Below, in pieces: positions 37,560 to 46,961 of a stretch of DNA of 64,000 bases. The DNA comes from Vicinamibacterales bacterium. GTDB lineage: Bacteria; Acidobacteriota; Vicinamibacteria; Vicinamibacterales; UBA2999. The translations under genes were made by a program, and so were the position numbers. The notes under the pieces are model-generated. The model worked only from the letters and a program-made list of their open reading frames with translations, had not been told where the DNA came from and searched no databases. Within the stretch, counting starts at the first letter, position 1; each line of letters starts with the position of its first letter. The stretch spans positions 105,284 through 169,283 of the forward strand of contig JBAZYO010000002.1 in NCBI GenBank assembly GCA_041659285.1, written 5' to 3'.

Positions 37560-37949
37560 ATGCGGGGCCTGCTCGCGGCGACCGGCACCGCATCGGCGTG
37601 CCTGGGTGCCCTGGGAATCTTTGTCCCGTTGCTCCCAACCACGCCGTTTCTCCTGTTGAGCGCGTACTGCTTCAGCAAGAGCTCGCCGACGCTGCATGGT
37701 TGGCTGGTGACCAACCGCCATCTCGGCCCTTATCTCGCGCGCTACCAACCGGGTCGGCGGCTGTCCCCGCGCGACCTCGCGCTGGCGTTAGCGGTGCTCT
37801 GGGTATCGATCGCCGCCTCCATCGTGCTCGCGATGCCCCATGCGGCGGGCCGGGCCGCACTAATCGGCGTGGCGACGGCGGTCAGCATCTACCTCGTCAG
37901 ACGGGGTTCGGCAGGCGACTCGTCAAGCCGCGACGCCGTGCGCCCGTGA
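37560..37949 (+). CDS. DUF454 (YbaN-like) inner-membrane protein
   Basis: GIFVPLLPTTPFLLLSAYCFSKSSPTLHGWL is the YbaN/DUF454 signature. Confidence 0.7.
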   Translation: MRGLLAATGTASACLGALGIFVPLLPTTPFLLLSAYCFSKSSPTLHGWLVTNRHLGPYLARYQPGRRLSPRDLALALAVLWVSIAASIVLAMPHAAGRAALIGVATAVSIYLVRRGSAGDSSSRDAVRP

Positions 37950-38786
37950 GACCTCGCACAACGCCGCGTCCGTGAGCAGGCACACGCGCCCGAAGGTCAC
38001 GAAGTCGAGCCCGAGCCGACGATAGCTCAGGGGGTCGACCGCTACGTTGAGCCCTTCCGCGCCAGAGCCGGCCTCGATCGTCTTCGCCACCACATTGGCG
38101 ACGCAGACAGCGTCGAGCGTGGCGGTGGCATTGACGAACGGGGGCGAGTGATGCCGCCGAACGGCGTCGGTGACTTCCGGTGGGAACCGCCACGCGTCAG
38201 CCATCGCGGCGCCGACCGCGGCGTGATCGGTGCCGAGCAGGTCGCGTTCCGCCTCCACGAAGGTCAGGCCGCGCGTGCGCGCATGCGTGGCCAGGTCGTG
38301 CACGCCGGTATTCAGGCACCGCGAGATGAGCAGTTTGCCGACGTCGTGCAACAGCGCCGCGGTCTCGGCCATCGGCGGAATCGACGCGCGCGGAGCGGCC
38401 GCGGCCAATGCGCGAACCGCGAGCTTTGACGCGGCACCATGGACCCAGAGGTCGCGTTCGTTGAGGTGGTAGACCGGCGTCGTCACGCGAAGTTTGGCGA
38501 GGTAGCCCTCGAGCACCAGGTCCAGCAACGCGACCGCGCCCATGCGGAGCACGGCCTCGCGCACCGTGGGCGCGCCCGCAGGCGCCAGACGAACCGAGGA
38601 CGCGTGACGCAAGACGGAAGCGGTCACCACCGGATCCAGCTCGATGAGCTCGGCGACCTGGGCCAGCGCCACGTCGTTGCCGCGCACCATGTCGATCAGA
38701 CGCTGCGCCGTGATCGGCAGCGGTTCCAGGTGCGCGAGCCCCTTCACGATCGCCGCCGGCAACGCCGTCATTGTCAGTCCGGGCAT
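37923..38786 (-). CDS. HDOD domain protein
   Basis: The HDOD motifs are LPITAQRLIDMVRGNDVALAQVAELIELDPVVTASVLR and LLHDVGKLL...GTDHAAVGAAM. I chose the ATG at 38786, which lies 5 nt after GAGGGA. Confidence 0.8.
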   Translation of the reverse strand: MPGLTMTALPAAIVKGLAHLEPLPITAQRLIDMVRGNDVALAQVAELIELDPVVTASVLRHASSVRLAPAGAPTVREAVLRMGAVALLDLVLEGYLAKLRVTTPVYHLNERDLWVHGAASKLAVRALAAAAPRASIPPMAETAALLHDVGKLLISRCLNTGVHDLATHARTRGLTFVEAERDLLGTDHAAVGAAMADAWRFPPEVTDAVRRHHSPPFVNATATLDAVCVANVVAKTIEAGSGAEGLNVAVDPLSYRRLGLDFVTFGRVCLLTDAALCEVSRAHGVAA

Positions 38787-38803
38787 TGTTCCCTCTATAA
38801 AAC

Positions 38804-38830
38804 ACATCGGCGCCCGTGGGCGGAGGTTGA
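38804..38830 (-). promoter_or_regulatory. candidate sigma-28 promoter for the HDOD gene
   Basis: The minus strand reads TCAAC-N14-GCCGATGT, ending 17 nt before the HDOD ATG. It is divergent from the fliC candidate. Confidence 0.4.
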
Positions 38831-38930
38831 GGGTGTCCGCGAGGGCGGTGTCGGGCCACCGGCCGCCGCGCCGGGATAGCGTCGATGAGGTCGCAGCGCT
38901 GCTTGTGGCACGTCGGCCACACCGGTTCAT

Positions 38931-38957
38931 TCAAGAACCCGACCGGGTGCCCGATTA
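38931..38957 (+). promoter_or_regulatory. candidate sigma-28 promoter for fliC
   Basis: TCAAG-N14-CCCGATTA lies about 79 nt upstream of the flagellin ATG. The classical consensus is TAAA-N15-GCCGATAA. Confidence 0.5.
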
Positions 38958-38993
38958 CTCCTCAGACAGGGGAGGCGGTAAGCGCCACCCCAC

Positions 38994-39011
38994 GCCGGCA
39001 GGGACGCCGGC
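38994..39011 (+). promoter_or_regulatory. candidate CsrA-binding hairpin in the fliC leader
   Basis: GCCGGC-AGGGAC-GCCGGC forms a 6 bp stem that presents GGA in the loop. A second GGA-rich site (CACGGAGGAGAG, 39019-39030) overlaps the Shine-Dalgarno sequence. Confidence 0.35.
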
Positions 39012-39035
39012 CCCACTTCACGGAGGAGAGTTCAG

Positions 39036-39842
39036 ATGGCATCGTTTTCAGTAGTCAGCAACATCTCGGCGTCGAACGCACAGGCCAACCTGCAGGCCAC
39101 CGGCCTTGGGCTGCAGAAGGCCCTTACCCGCCTGTCGAGCGGCTTCCGCATCAACTCGGCCGGCGACGACGCGGCGGGCCTCGCCGTATCGAACAAGTAC
39201 CGCAACACGCAGGCGGTGCTCAACCAGGGTATCCGCAACGCCAACGACGGCCTGTCGACCCTGCAGATCAAGGACGGCGCGCTCAACAACATCGGCACGC
39301 TGCTCGACCGCCTCTCCACGCTCGCCACGCAGTCGGCCTCGGCCGCCAGCACCGTCGACCGCACCTCGCTGAATGCCGAGTATGCGGACGTGCTGACCGA
39401 AATCACTCGTGAAGCCAACGTCGCCGGCCTCACGGCTTCGGCGGGCTTTTCGGTGTTTGTCAGCGCCGAAGCGACGGCGTCGAACGGCAAGGTCACGGGC
39501 ACCATCGGCGCGGCCGACCTGACCACCCTGACCATTAACGCCACGACCGTCACCTCCGCGGCCAACGCGGAAACGGCACTGGCGGCGATCGCGGTGGCGG
39601 TGACCAAGCTCGGCACCGCGCAGAGCACCATCGGCACCTTGCAGAACCGCCTGGAATTCGCCACCAGCCTGGCGCAGAACCAGGTCGTCAGCAACAAGGC
39701 CGCCGAAAGCCGCATTCGCGACGCCAACGTGGCGGAGGAGTCGGCGAACATGACCCGCTACAACATCCTGACGCAGAGCGGCATCGCCGCCCTGTCGCAG
39801 GCCAACCAGTCCAGTTCGTCAGTTCTGTCCCTCCTCCGGTAA
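39036..39842 (+). CDS. fliC: flagellin (short, D0/D1-only type)
   Basis: The N-terminus is NISASNAQANLQATGLGLQKALTRLSSGFRINSAGDDAAGLAVSNKYR. The C-terminus is LQNRLEFA...IRDANVAEESANMTRYNILTQSGIAALSQANQSSSSVLSLL. A strong RBS (GGAGGAG) precedes the start. Confidence 0.95.
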   Translation: MASFSVVSNISASNAQANLQATGLGLQKALTRLSSGFRINSAGDDAAGLAVSNKYRNTQAVLNQGIRNANDGLSTLQIKDGALNNIGTLLDRLSTLATQSASAASTVDRTSLNAEYADVLTEITREANVAGLTASAGFSVFVSAEATASNGKVTGTIGAADLTTLTINATTVTSAANAETALAAIAVAVTKLGTAQSTIGTLQNRLEFATSLAQNQVVSNKAAESRIRDANVAEESANMTRYNILTQSGIAALSQANQSSSSVLSLLR

Positions 39843-39856
39843 GGGACGCTCGTAGC

Positions 39857-39893
39857 GGGCGGGGCCGGTATACGGCCCCGCCCGTTATTTTTT
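39857..39893 (+). terminator. Rho-independent terminator after fliC
   Basis: An 11 bp GC stem, GGGCGGGGCCG-GTATA-CGGCCCCGCCC, is followed by GTTATTTTTT. Confidence 0.75.
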
Positions 39894-39933
39894 CGTCAGT
39901 CGTGGCCCCCAGTGGCTTGGCATTTGCAGGAGC

Positions 39934-41307
39934 GTGAGCGTGGGTTCAGGAATCACGTTCAGCGGTTTCAACAGCATCGACTTCAACGTCGTCCTCAACG
40001 CCGTCATGCAGCAGGAGAGCCGCCCGCTGACGTCGCTGCAGAGCCGGCAAAGCGCGCTCCAGTCGCGGGTGACCAGCTTCACAACGCTGCAGACGCGCGT
40101 GTCGGCACTGGAAAGCGCCGCCAAAGCCCTGTCGACGGCCGGGACCGCCACGGCCTTCAAGGCGACCAGCAGCGATCCGCTGGCGGTCGGCGTGTCGGCC
40201 GGTTCCTCGGCCGTCGCCGGGCGCTACGACATCGTCGTCAACGAACTGGCACGCGCACAGGTCACGGCGTCCGCGAGCACGGCGCCCGACGCCGACACCA
40301 CGGCGATCGCCACCGGCGGGACGATCACGATCGGCGCCGAGATCATCACCGTCAGCAGTTCCGTCACGCTCAAGCAATTAAGCGACGCCATCAACGCCAA
40401 CGCCAACGCTCCGGCGCGAGCATCGGTCGTGCAATCCGGCGCCGCCAGTTTCAAGCTGGTCCTGACGTCCAAGAGTACCGGGGCGGCCAACGCCTTCACG
40501 ATTGCCAACGGTCTCACCGGCGGGGCGGGCCTGGGCTTCACCGATACCGACGCCGACCTGGTCTCGGGCGATTCGGCGGCCGACAACGCCGTGCAAGCCA
40601 CCGACGCCCAGGCCCTGATCAACAACATCGTCGTCTCGAGCGCCAGTAATACGCTCGACGCCGCGGTGCCTGGGACCACCATCACGCTGTACAAGAAAGA
40701 CCCGGCGGCCACCATCGTGGTCGACGTTACCGAAGATCCGTCGGCGCTCAAGGCCAAGCTGCAAACGTTCGTCTCGACCTTCAACGATCTGGTGAAGTTC
40801 ACGACCGACCAGGGCCTTTCGGCCGGCCGCGGCGACCAGGGCAGCATCGGCCGCGACCCGCTGCTGCGCCAGTTGCGCAACTCGCTGCGCGGCGCCCTCG
40901 GCGCGCCGTACGCCACCGGCGGGCCCTATTCGTATCTCGCGCAGGTCGGCGTGCAGGCAACACGGGCGGGTACGCTGGAACTGAACGCCACCACCTTCGC
41001 CGAGGCCACCAAGAACGGGGGCGCCGACGCCGGCAAGCTGCTGGCGGGCACCGATGTGACGCCAGGGGCGCTCGCGTCGATCAAGACCCTCCTGACCCAG
41101 TACACGCAGACGTCCGGCATCCTCAAAGGCGTTCAGGAACAGTTGACCTCGCAGATCTCACGCCTTGGCAGCCAAATCATCAGCATGCAGGATCGCCTCG
41201 CCATCCGGCGGGCGGGCCTGCAGCAGGAATACAGCGCCGCGGATGCGGCGATGTCGCGCCTCAAGAGCCAAAGCGGATCGCTCTCGTCGTTTGGCCAATC
41301 CCTGTGA
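39934..41307 (+). CDS. fliD: flagellar filament cap protein FliD
   Basis: The N-terminus is GITFSGFNSIDFNVVLNAVMQQESRPLTSLQSRQSALQSRVTSF. The C-terminus is RLAIRRAGLQQEYSAADAAMSRLKSQ. The start is the GTG at 39934 or at 39940. Confidence 0.9.
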   Translation: MSVGSGITFSGFNSIDFNVVLNAVMQQESRPLTSLQSRQSALQSRVTSFTTLQTRVSALESAAKALSTAGTATAFKATSSDPLAVGVSAGSSAVAGRYDIVVNELARAQVTASASTAPDADTTAIATGGTITIGAEIITVSSSVTLKQLSDAINANANAPARASVVQSGAASFKLVLTSKSTGAANAFTIANGLTGGAGLGFTDTDADLVSGDSAADNAVQATDAQALINNIVVSSASNTLDAAVPGTTITLYKKDPAATIVVDVTEDPSALKAKLQTFVSTFNDLVKFTTDQGLSAGRGDQGSIGRDPLLRQLRNSLRGALGAPYATGGPYSYLAQVGVQATRAGTLELNATTFAEATKNGGADAGKLLAGTDVTPGALASIKTLLTQYTQTSGILKGVQEQLTSQISRLGSQIISMQDRLAIRRAGLQQEYSAADAAMSRLKSQSGSLSSFGQSL

Positions 41308-41332
41308 TGTCTCCGAACCGAAACCACCCATC

Positions 41333-41752
41333 ATGATGCAGAACAAAGGCCTGAACGCTTACCGCCAGACCGAAGCCCAATCCCGCACGCCCCTCGAGCT
41401 GGTGGTGATGCTCTACGACGGCGCGCTGCGGTTTCTGGCCGTGGCGCACGACGCCGTGCAGCGCCGCGACATCCCGGCCAGGCGCGACGCGATCTCCCGT
41501 GCGCTCGCGATCATCTCCGAACTGCAGAGCACGCTCGACCTCGAACGCGGCGGCGTCGTCGCCGCCGACCTCGATAACTTGTATGCCTACATCACGAAGC
41601 GCGTGATGGAGGCGGCCGCCAAGAACGACACGGCGCCGCTCGACGACGCGCGCCGGCTGCTCGAAACCCTTCGTGATGCCTGGCAGACGATTGCCGTGTC
41701 GCCGGCCGCGGCGGCCGACGCGGCGGCCGGGCTCCGCGCGGGAACCAGGTGA
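41333..41752 (+). CDS. fliS: flagellin-specific chaperone FliS
   Basis: AYRQTEAQSRTPLELVVMLYDGALRFL...ISRALAIISELQSTLD...LDNLYAYI fits FliS. Confidence 0.9.
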   Translation: MMQNKGLNAYRQTEAQSRTPLELVVMLYDGALRFLAVAHDAVQRRDIPARRDAISRALAIISELQSTLDLERGGVVAADLDNLYAYITKRVMEAAAKNDTAPLDDARRLLETLRDAWQTIAVSPAAAADAAAGLRAGTR

Positions 41753-42222
41753 ACCCGCACGAGCTCGCGGACGCGGTCGAAGAGTACCGGGCGGGTCTCG
41801 AAACCGGCGTGACGCTGCTCAGGCAGCTGCGGAACATTGCCAGCCGGCAACGCGAAGGCACCGAACAACGCGACTACGAACGCCTGGCGGCCGACAGTGA
41901 CGCGCGCGACCGGCTCACGCGTGCACTCGTGGCGGTCGAGCCGGGCCTGCGCGCCGTGCGCGCGCGCCTGGCGGCGGTGCGGGTTGACCTCACTACGATT
42001 GCGGGGTTTGCGGAAGTGCTGGCCCTCCGCCTGACGGCCGCTGAACTGGTGGCCGGCATCCTGGACACCGACCGCGAGTCGATGAAAGCGCTGGCCGACG
42101 CCGAACTGGCGCGGCGGGCCGCCGTCGCGAGCCTCGAGTGCGGCGAGACCACGCTGGCAGCCTACCGGCGCGTCCTCAGCCCCCCCATCACCGGCGCCTC
42201 ACTGCTCGACAGGCGTGGCTAG
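41749..42222 (+). CDS. hypothetical helical protein in the fliT position (possible export chaperone)
   Basis: The GTG start overlaps the fliS stop. The protein is all-helical and Arg/Ala/Leu-rich. The assignment rests on position alone. Confidence 0.35.
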   Translation: MNPHELADAVEEYRAGLETGVTLLRQLRNIASRQREGTEQRDYERLAADSDARDRLTRALVAVEPGLRAVRARLAAVRVDLTTIAGFAEVLALRLTAAELVAGILDTDRESMKALADAELARRAAVASLECGETTLAAYRRVLSPPITGASLLDRRG

Positions 42223-42252
42223 CGTCCGTTCTTGGGCCGCTGTTCAGCGCAG

Positions 42253-42804
42253 CTACGACAGCCCAGCTTCCATCTTCACCTTGGTGAAGCAATCGGGACA
42301 AATGCCGTGGCTGAACTGGGCCTCGGAATGCTGCGTTACGTAACTTTCCATCTGACGCCATCGACTGTCGTCCCGAATCTTCTTGCAGTACGAACAGATC
42401 GACAGGATGCCTTCGAGGCGCTTCACGTGCTGGCGCAGGCCGAGGATGCGCTCCGCGACGTGCAGCTTGGCCAGCAGTTGTTCGATATCCAGAGGCTTGG
42501 TCAGAAAGTCATCGGCGCCCGCGGTCATCGCTTCCAGGTAGTTCGTCTTCCCGCCGTGGGCGGTCAGCAGGATGATGTAGGTGTAATTTGCGTTGCCTGT
42601 CTGGCGAATGGCACGACACAATTCCAGGCCATCGAGATCTGGCATCTGCCAGTCGGAAATCAGGACGGGACAAGGCGCCTCACGCCACGCGGTCCACGCG
42701 TGCAGGCCGTTCTCGGCGGCGACGACCTCGTGGCCGGCCTTCTGAAGGGTGGCCTGCAGAATCAAGCGCGAGGTGGCATCATCTTCAGCGATAAGTATCT
42801 TCAT
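42253..42804 (-). CDS. response regulator: REC domain plus C-terminal Cys-rich module
   Basis: The REC domain reads [11 protein letters not shown]...LISDWQMPDLDG...KPL. The C-terminus reads SICSYCKKIRDDSRWRQMESYVTQHSEAQFSHGICPDCF. An ATGA overlap links it to the upstream kinase. Confidence 0.8.
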   Translation of the reverse strand: MKILIAEDDATSRLILQATLQKAGHEVVAAENGLHAWTAWREAPCPVLISDWQMPDLDGLELCRAIRQTGNANYTYIILLTAHGGKTNYLEAMTAGADDFLTKPLDIEQLLAKLHVAERILGLRQHVKRLEGILSICSYCKKIRDDSRWRQMESYVTQHSEAQFSHGICPDCFTKVKMEAGLS

Positions 42805-45800
42805 TGATGTGAATCCTGGTTCAGTTCCCGAGCGATCTCGGTTTGCACGCGCTGGAATTCCGAGTCCAACCGCACCAACAGCGGGGTGACGTCCGCCAGG
42901 TCCTCCGCGCACCCGGCTGCTTCGAGCCGGCCGCAGATGGGAGCCATGGTCGCCGCGCCGACGTTCAGGCTCGCGCCCTTGAGCGCATGCGCGGCCCGTC
43001 CGAGGGCAACCGGATCCTGCCGGCCGGCCGACGCCCGCAGGTCGGTCAAGTACTTCGGGGCATCCTCCAGAAACGCCTGCATCACCCGTCCGAACAGCGA
43101 GGGCGTCGTCTGCTGCGCCAGCGTCCTGAGCTGCTCGATCACGGCCGGGTCGAGCGCGTCACGCGGCGGCGGGGCCGGGCGTTCCGCCTCCTGTGACATC
43201 GCCGCCGGCGACCCGCTGCCTGGCCGCGGTCCGCTGCTCAGCCAACGATCGAGTGTTTCGACCAGAGCCTGCAGTTGCACAGGCTTGCTCATGTAGTCGT
43301 CCATACCGGCCGCCAGGCATTTCTCGCGGTCGCCGGCCAGCACCTTGGCCGTCATGGCGATGATCGGAACGCGGGGCCGAGGCCGGGCCGATTCGCCGAG
43401 TCGCGCTTCGAGAGCCCGGAATGCACGCGTGGCCTCGAAGCCATCCATGACCGGCATTTCGCCGTCCATGAACACGAGATCGTACGGCTGTTGCTGAAGC
43501 AGCTTCACGGCTTCGGCGCCGTTGCCGGCCAGCTCCACCTGGCAGCCGAGGCCTTCGAGCGCGAGTTGCGCGACGCGCTGGTTCGTGGTGTTGTCGTCCG
43601 CCACGAGTACGCGGCCGTGGAAGCGCGGCCGGCCCGGCACTGCGTTGGCGGCGGGCCGCGCGGCGCCAGGCGCCTGGCCGGCGCCCACTTGCCCGGCTCG
43701 GACCGCGATCAGCACATCGAACAGCGCGGACGGCCGCATCGGCTTGACCAGGGATCCGGCGAACCCGCCCACCCGTGTCAGTTCCGCCGCGTTCTTTTCG
43801 ATCGTGGTCGTCAACAAGATCAACGCGGCTTCGCGCAACAGGGGATCGGCCTTGATGGTCCTGGCCAGGCCGATGCCGTCCATGCCTGGCAGGTGATGGT
43901 CGATGAGCACGATTTGATACGAATCGCCGGCCGCGGCGGCGGCGTGCAGCTCGGCCAGCGCCTGCTCGACGGAGGCCGCGGCGCTGCTGGGAATGCGCCA
44001 GCCACACAACTGTTCGTAGACGACGCGACGGCTGATCGCGTTGTCGTCGACCAACAGTACGCGCGCCGCCGTGATGTCCACGCCCAACGGCGCCGGCACT
44101 GGACTGGCCTCGACGGGTAACGGCAAGGTGAACCAGAATTTCGACCCTTCGCCGATGCGGCTATCGACACCGATCTGGCCGCCCATCAACTCGACCAGGC
44201 GCTTGCAGATCGCCAGGCCCAGGCCCGTCCCGCCGAAGCGCCTGGTGGTGGAGGCGTCGGCCTGCGAGAAGCGCTCGAACAGGCGGCTCACCGCCTCGGG
44301 TGTGATGCCGATGCCACTGTCCTCGATCGAGACACGCAGCCCGGCCCGAGCCTGCCGCGCCGCCTGCGGCTCCTCCTCAACGCTGACCAGGACATGCCCG
44401 TGCTCGGAGAACTTGATCGCATTGCCGACCAGGTTCACGAGCACTTGTCGAATCCGGCTGGCATCGCCGTGGAACCGGCGCCGGGCGTCCGGCGCGTAGC
44501 GCAGGACCAGCTCGAGCCCTTTCTGCTGCGCGCGCTCGGCGAACATCCCGCCCACTTCCTCCACTGTCGTCAGCAAATCGAACGGGGCCTCCTCGATGGG
44601 CATCCGGCCGGCCTCGATCTTCGAGATGTCGAGGATGTCATTGATCAGCGTGAGCAGCGAGTGCGCGCTCGATCGCGCGATCGTGGCCAGCTCGCGCTGC
44701 CGAGCGGTCAAGTCGCCGTCCATGAGGAGGCCGACCGCGCCAATCACGCCGTTCATCGGCGTGCGGATCTCGTGGCTCATCGTCGCCAGGAACTCGCTCT
44801 TGGCGCGGTTGGCGGCTTCGGCCTCGGCCTTGGCCTGCAGCAGTTCCGCCTCGGCCCGCTTGGCCTCCGTGACGTCCCGAATCGCGCTAATCACGACCGC
44901 GCCATCCGTCGTCTCCAACGGGCTCAGGCTGATCTCGACCGGGATTTCCGAGCCATCCTTGCGCGACGCGAAGAGCGAGCGCTTGGCGCCCATCCGTCGC
45001 GCGCTGGAAGAGGCCGCGAACGAGTTCCTCCGGGCGATATGGCCCGTGAAGCGGGCTGGAATCAGGACCTCGACGCTCCGCCCGAGGAGTTCCGCGCGCG
45101 AATAGCCGAAGAGTTGTTCCGTCTGCGAATTGACCAGCACGATCTGGCCGTCGCGATCGACGATGACCATGGCATCGGGCGCGGCTTCCAGCAGCCGCTT
45201 GAACTGCTCGTCGGAATTTTTCCGCGTGGTGACGTCCTGGATCGTGCCGGCCAGGCGGGTGACGTTGCCGGCGCCGTCGAGCAACGCTTCCACGCTGCCG
45301 TGCACGAAGCGCACCTCGCCATCAGGCCGCACGATCCGGTTATCCAGACTGGCGTGGGTCTTCGTCGCCAGCACGGAGTTGACCCATTCAACCATCCGCC
45401 GCCTGTCGTCCGGATGCAGGCAGGCCAGATACTGCTCGTAGCTGGGGATGCAGTGCTCGCGGTCGACGCCAAAGATCAGGAAGGTCTGGTCCGACCAGGT
45501 CATCGCATTGGCGACCACGTCCCATTCCCAGCTGCCGACCTGAGCGACCGCCTGTGCCCGCGCCAGCTCCGCGGTGCGCTGCCGGACCCGTTCGTCCAGT
45601 TCGACCGCGACCTGGCGAAGCTCGTCTTCCTTGGCGCCGATCGCCCGCGCCATGCCATTGAACTCGCGCGCCACCAGCCCGATGTCGTCGTTGGATGAAT
45701 CCGGGATGGGCTCGTTGAATCGTCCGGCGGCGACGCTCGCCACGCTGCGACGCAACGCCCGCAGCGGCCGGACAATCCGGCGCGCCACCAAAAACGCGAG

Positions 45801-46778
45801 CGCCGCCGAGCCCAACAGCGCCAGGGCACCAATTTGGACCAGCGCCCACTCAAACGCGCGAACCGAGGCGAAGGCCTCGGCCTGATCGATCTTGACGACG
45901 AGTCCGAGCTGATACCGATCGACCCAGTGACACGCTTCGACCACCGGAACGCCCCGGTAATCGTGCGCCCGCGACACGCCGCTGCCACTCTCGATGCAGC
46001 GGCGGACGGTCAGGGTGTCGATCTCGCGCCGCAGCACCGCCGCTTCCTTGATGAATCGCGGCTGCGTAATCAGCAAGCGGTCGCCGTTGAAGAGGAAGGA
46101 GTCCTCCGACTGGTGCCGGCCCGTTCGCCGTTGAGCGATCGCATTCAGCGCGGCCAGATCCATGCGGCCGGTCAGCACCGCCAGCAGGCGACCCTCGGCC
46201 GAGCGCACCGGGGCCGAGACGACCATCGCCGGCCCCTTGAGAGTGGTGGAGTAGTACGGCCCCTGCAAGTGAACGGCGACCTTGCCGCTGATGAAATAGG
46301 GGCGGGCCAGTTTCGAGGTGCCTTCTTCCGCAGGCGCGGTCGACGCCACGACGATGCCGCCCTGCGGCTCGATGACCGACACGTCGAGGAAGGCGGCGTG
46401 CGGGCCGCTCGTGAATGGCGCCAGCTCCTGAAGGAGCAGCCCGTGAATGGACCGCGCCTCGCCGGAAAGCGGCATCGCCGCCGCCAGGCTGGCGACGCGT
46501 GTCACCAGATCGCCGCCCGCAGCCAGCTGCCCCAGATCATTCAGGCGCTCGTTGATGGCCGCATCGAGCGCCGCTTCTTTTTCGATGGCGAGCGAGAGCA
46601 CTTCGCCGACGGCGGCCGACTCGAGGCTGGCGCTCCCACTGCGATACGAAAGCACGCCAACGACGGTCAGCAGCGTGGCGGCAAAGAGCAGGAAGATTAC
46701 GACAATCCGTGACGTGATGCCCAGTGCCATCGTGCGTTTCCATGCCGTATACGAACGGGTTGCGAGTCGAGCGATCAT
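42801..46778 (-). CDS. hybrid sensor histidine kinase (TM, periplasmic sensor, HAMP, 2x PAS, HisKA, HATPase, 2x REC, HPt)
   Basis: The motifs are the H-box [11 protein letters not shown], the G2 box [19 protein letters not shown], the REC aspartates in [11 protein letters not shown] and [11 protein letters not shown], and the HPt [14 protein letters not shown]. The start is uncertain (ATG 46778 or 46730). Confidence 0.85.
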   Translation of the reverse strand: MIARLATRSYTAWKRTMALGITSRIVVIFLLFAATLLTVVGVLSYRSGSASLESAAVGEVLSLAIEKEAALDAAINERLNDLGQLAAGGDLVTRVASLAAAMPLSGEARSIHGLLLQELAPFTSGPHAAFLDVSVIEPQGGIVVASTAPAEEGTSKLARPYFISGKVAVHLQGPYYSTTLKGPAMVVSAPVRSAEGRLLAVLTGRMDLAALNAIAQRRTGRHQSEDSFLFNGDRLLITQPRFIKEAAVLRREIDTLTVRRCIESGSGVSRAHDYRGVPVVEACHWVDRYQLGLVVKIDQAEAFASVRAFEWALVQIGALALLGSAALAFLVARRIVRPLRALRRSVASVAAGRFNEPIPDSSNDDIGLVAREFNGMARAIGAKEDELRQVAVELDERVRQRTAELARAQAVAQVGSWEWDVVANAMTWSDQTFLIFGVDREHCIPSYEQYLACLHPDDRRRMVEWVNSVLATKTHASLDNRIVRPDGEVRFVHGSVEALLDGAGNVTRLAGTIQDVTTRKNSDEQFKRLLEAAPDAMVIVDRDGQIVLVNSQTEQLFGYSRAELLGRSVEVLIPARFTGHIARRNSFAASSSARRMGAKRSLFASRKDGSEIPVEISLSPLETTDGAVVISAIRDVTEAKRAEAELLQAKAEAEAANRAKSEFLATMSHEIRTPMNGVIGAVGLLMDGDLTARQRELATIARSSAHSLLTLINDILDISKIEAGRMPIEEAPFDLLTTVEEVGGMFAERAQQKGLELVLRYAPDARRRFHGDASRIRQVLVNLVGNAIKFSEHGHVLVSVEEEPQAARQARAGLRVSIEDSGIGITPEAVSRLFERFSQADASTTRRFGGTGLGLAICKRLVELMGGQIGVDSRIGEGSKFWFTLPLPVEASPVPAPLGVDITAARVLLVDDNAISRRVVYEQLCGWRIPSSAAASVEQALAELHAAAAAGDSYQIVLIDHHLPGMDGIGLARTIKADPLLREAALILLTTTIEKNAAELTRVGGFAGSLVKPMRPSALFDVLIAVRAGQVGAGQAPGAARPAANAVPGRPRFHGRVLVADDNTTNQRVAQLALEGLGCQVELAGNGAEAVKLLQQQPYDLVFMDGEMPVMDGFEATRAFRALEARLGESARPRPRVPIIAMTAKVLAGDREKCLAAGMDDYMSKPVQLQALVETLDRWLSSGPRPGSGSPAAMSQEAERPAPPPRDALDPAVIEQLRTLAQQTTPSLFGRVMQAFLEDAPKYLTDLRASAGRQDPVALGRAAHALKGASLNVGAATMAPICGRLEAAGCAEDLADVTPLLVRLDSEFQRVQTEIARELNQDSHQ

Positions 46779-46961
46779 CGGTCCTGTTTTCCGGCCGGCC
46801 TGCGAGTGGGGCCGCCAGGCGTTCTTCCTAGCAAGAACGGCACCAATGGCCGAACCGGCGGGTGGCCACGATCCGCGCGACGTGATGTTCAACGCGATGG
46901 CTGGCGGACCGACGGTGATGTCGGGATTTCGACACGGGCGGGCGTGGTTCCCCGTTTGGAG

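Noticed and set aside
46779-46961. A possible sigma-28 promoter for the hybrid kinase (ACCGATGA on the minus strand near 46778-46785).
   Set aside because: It matches only 6 of 8 positions in the -10 element, the -35 position reads CAGGC, and it overlaps the candidate start codon.
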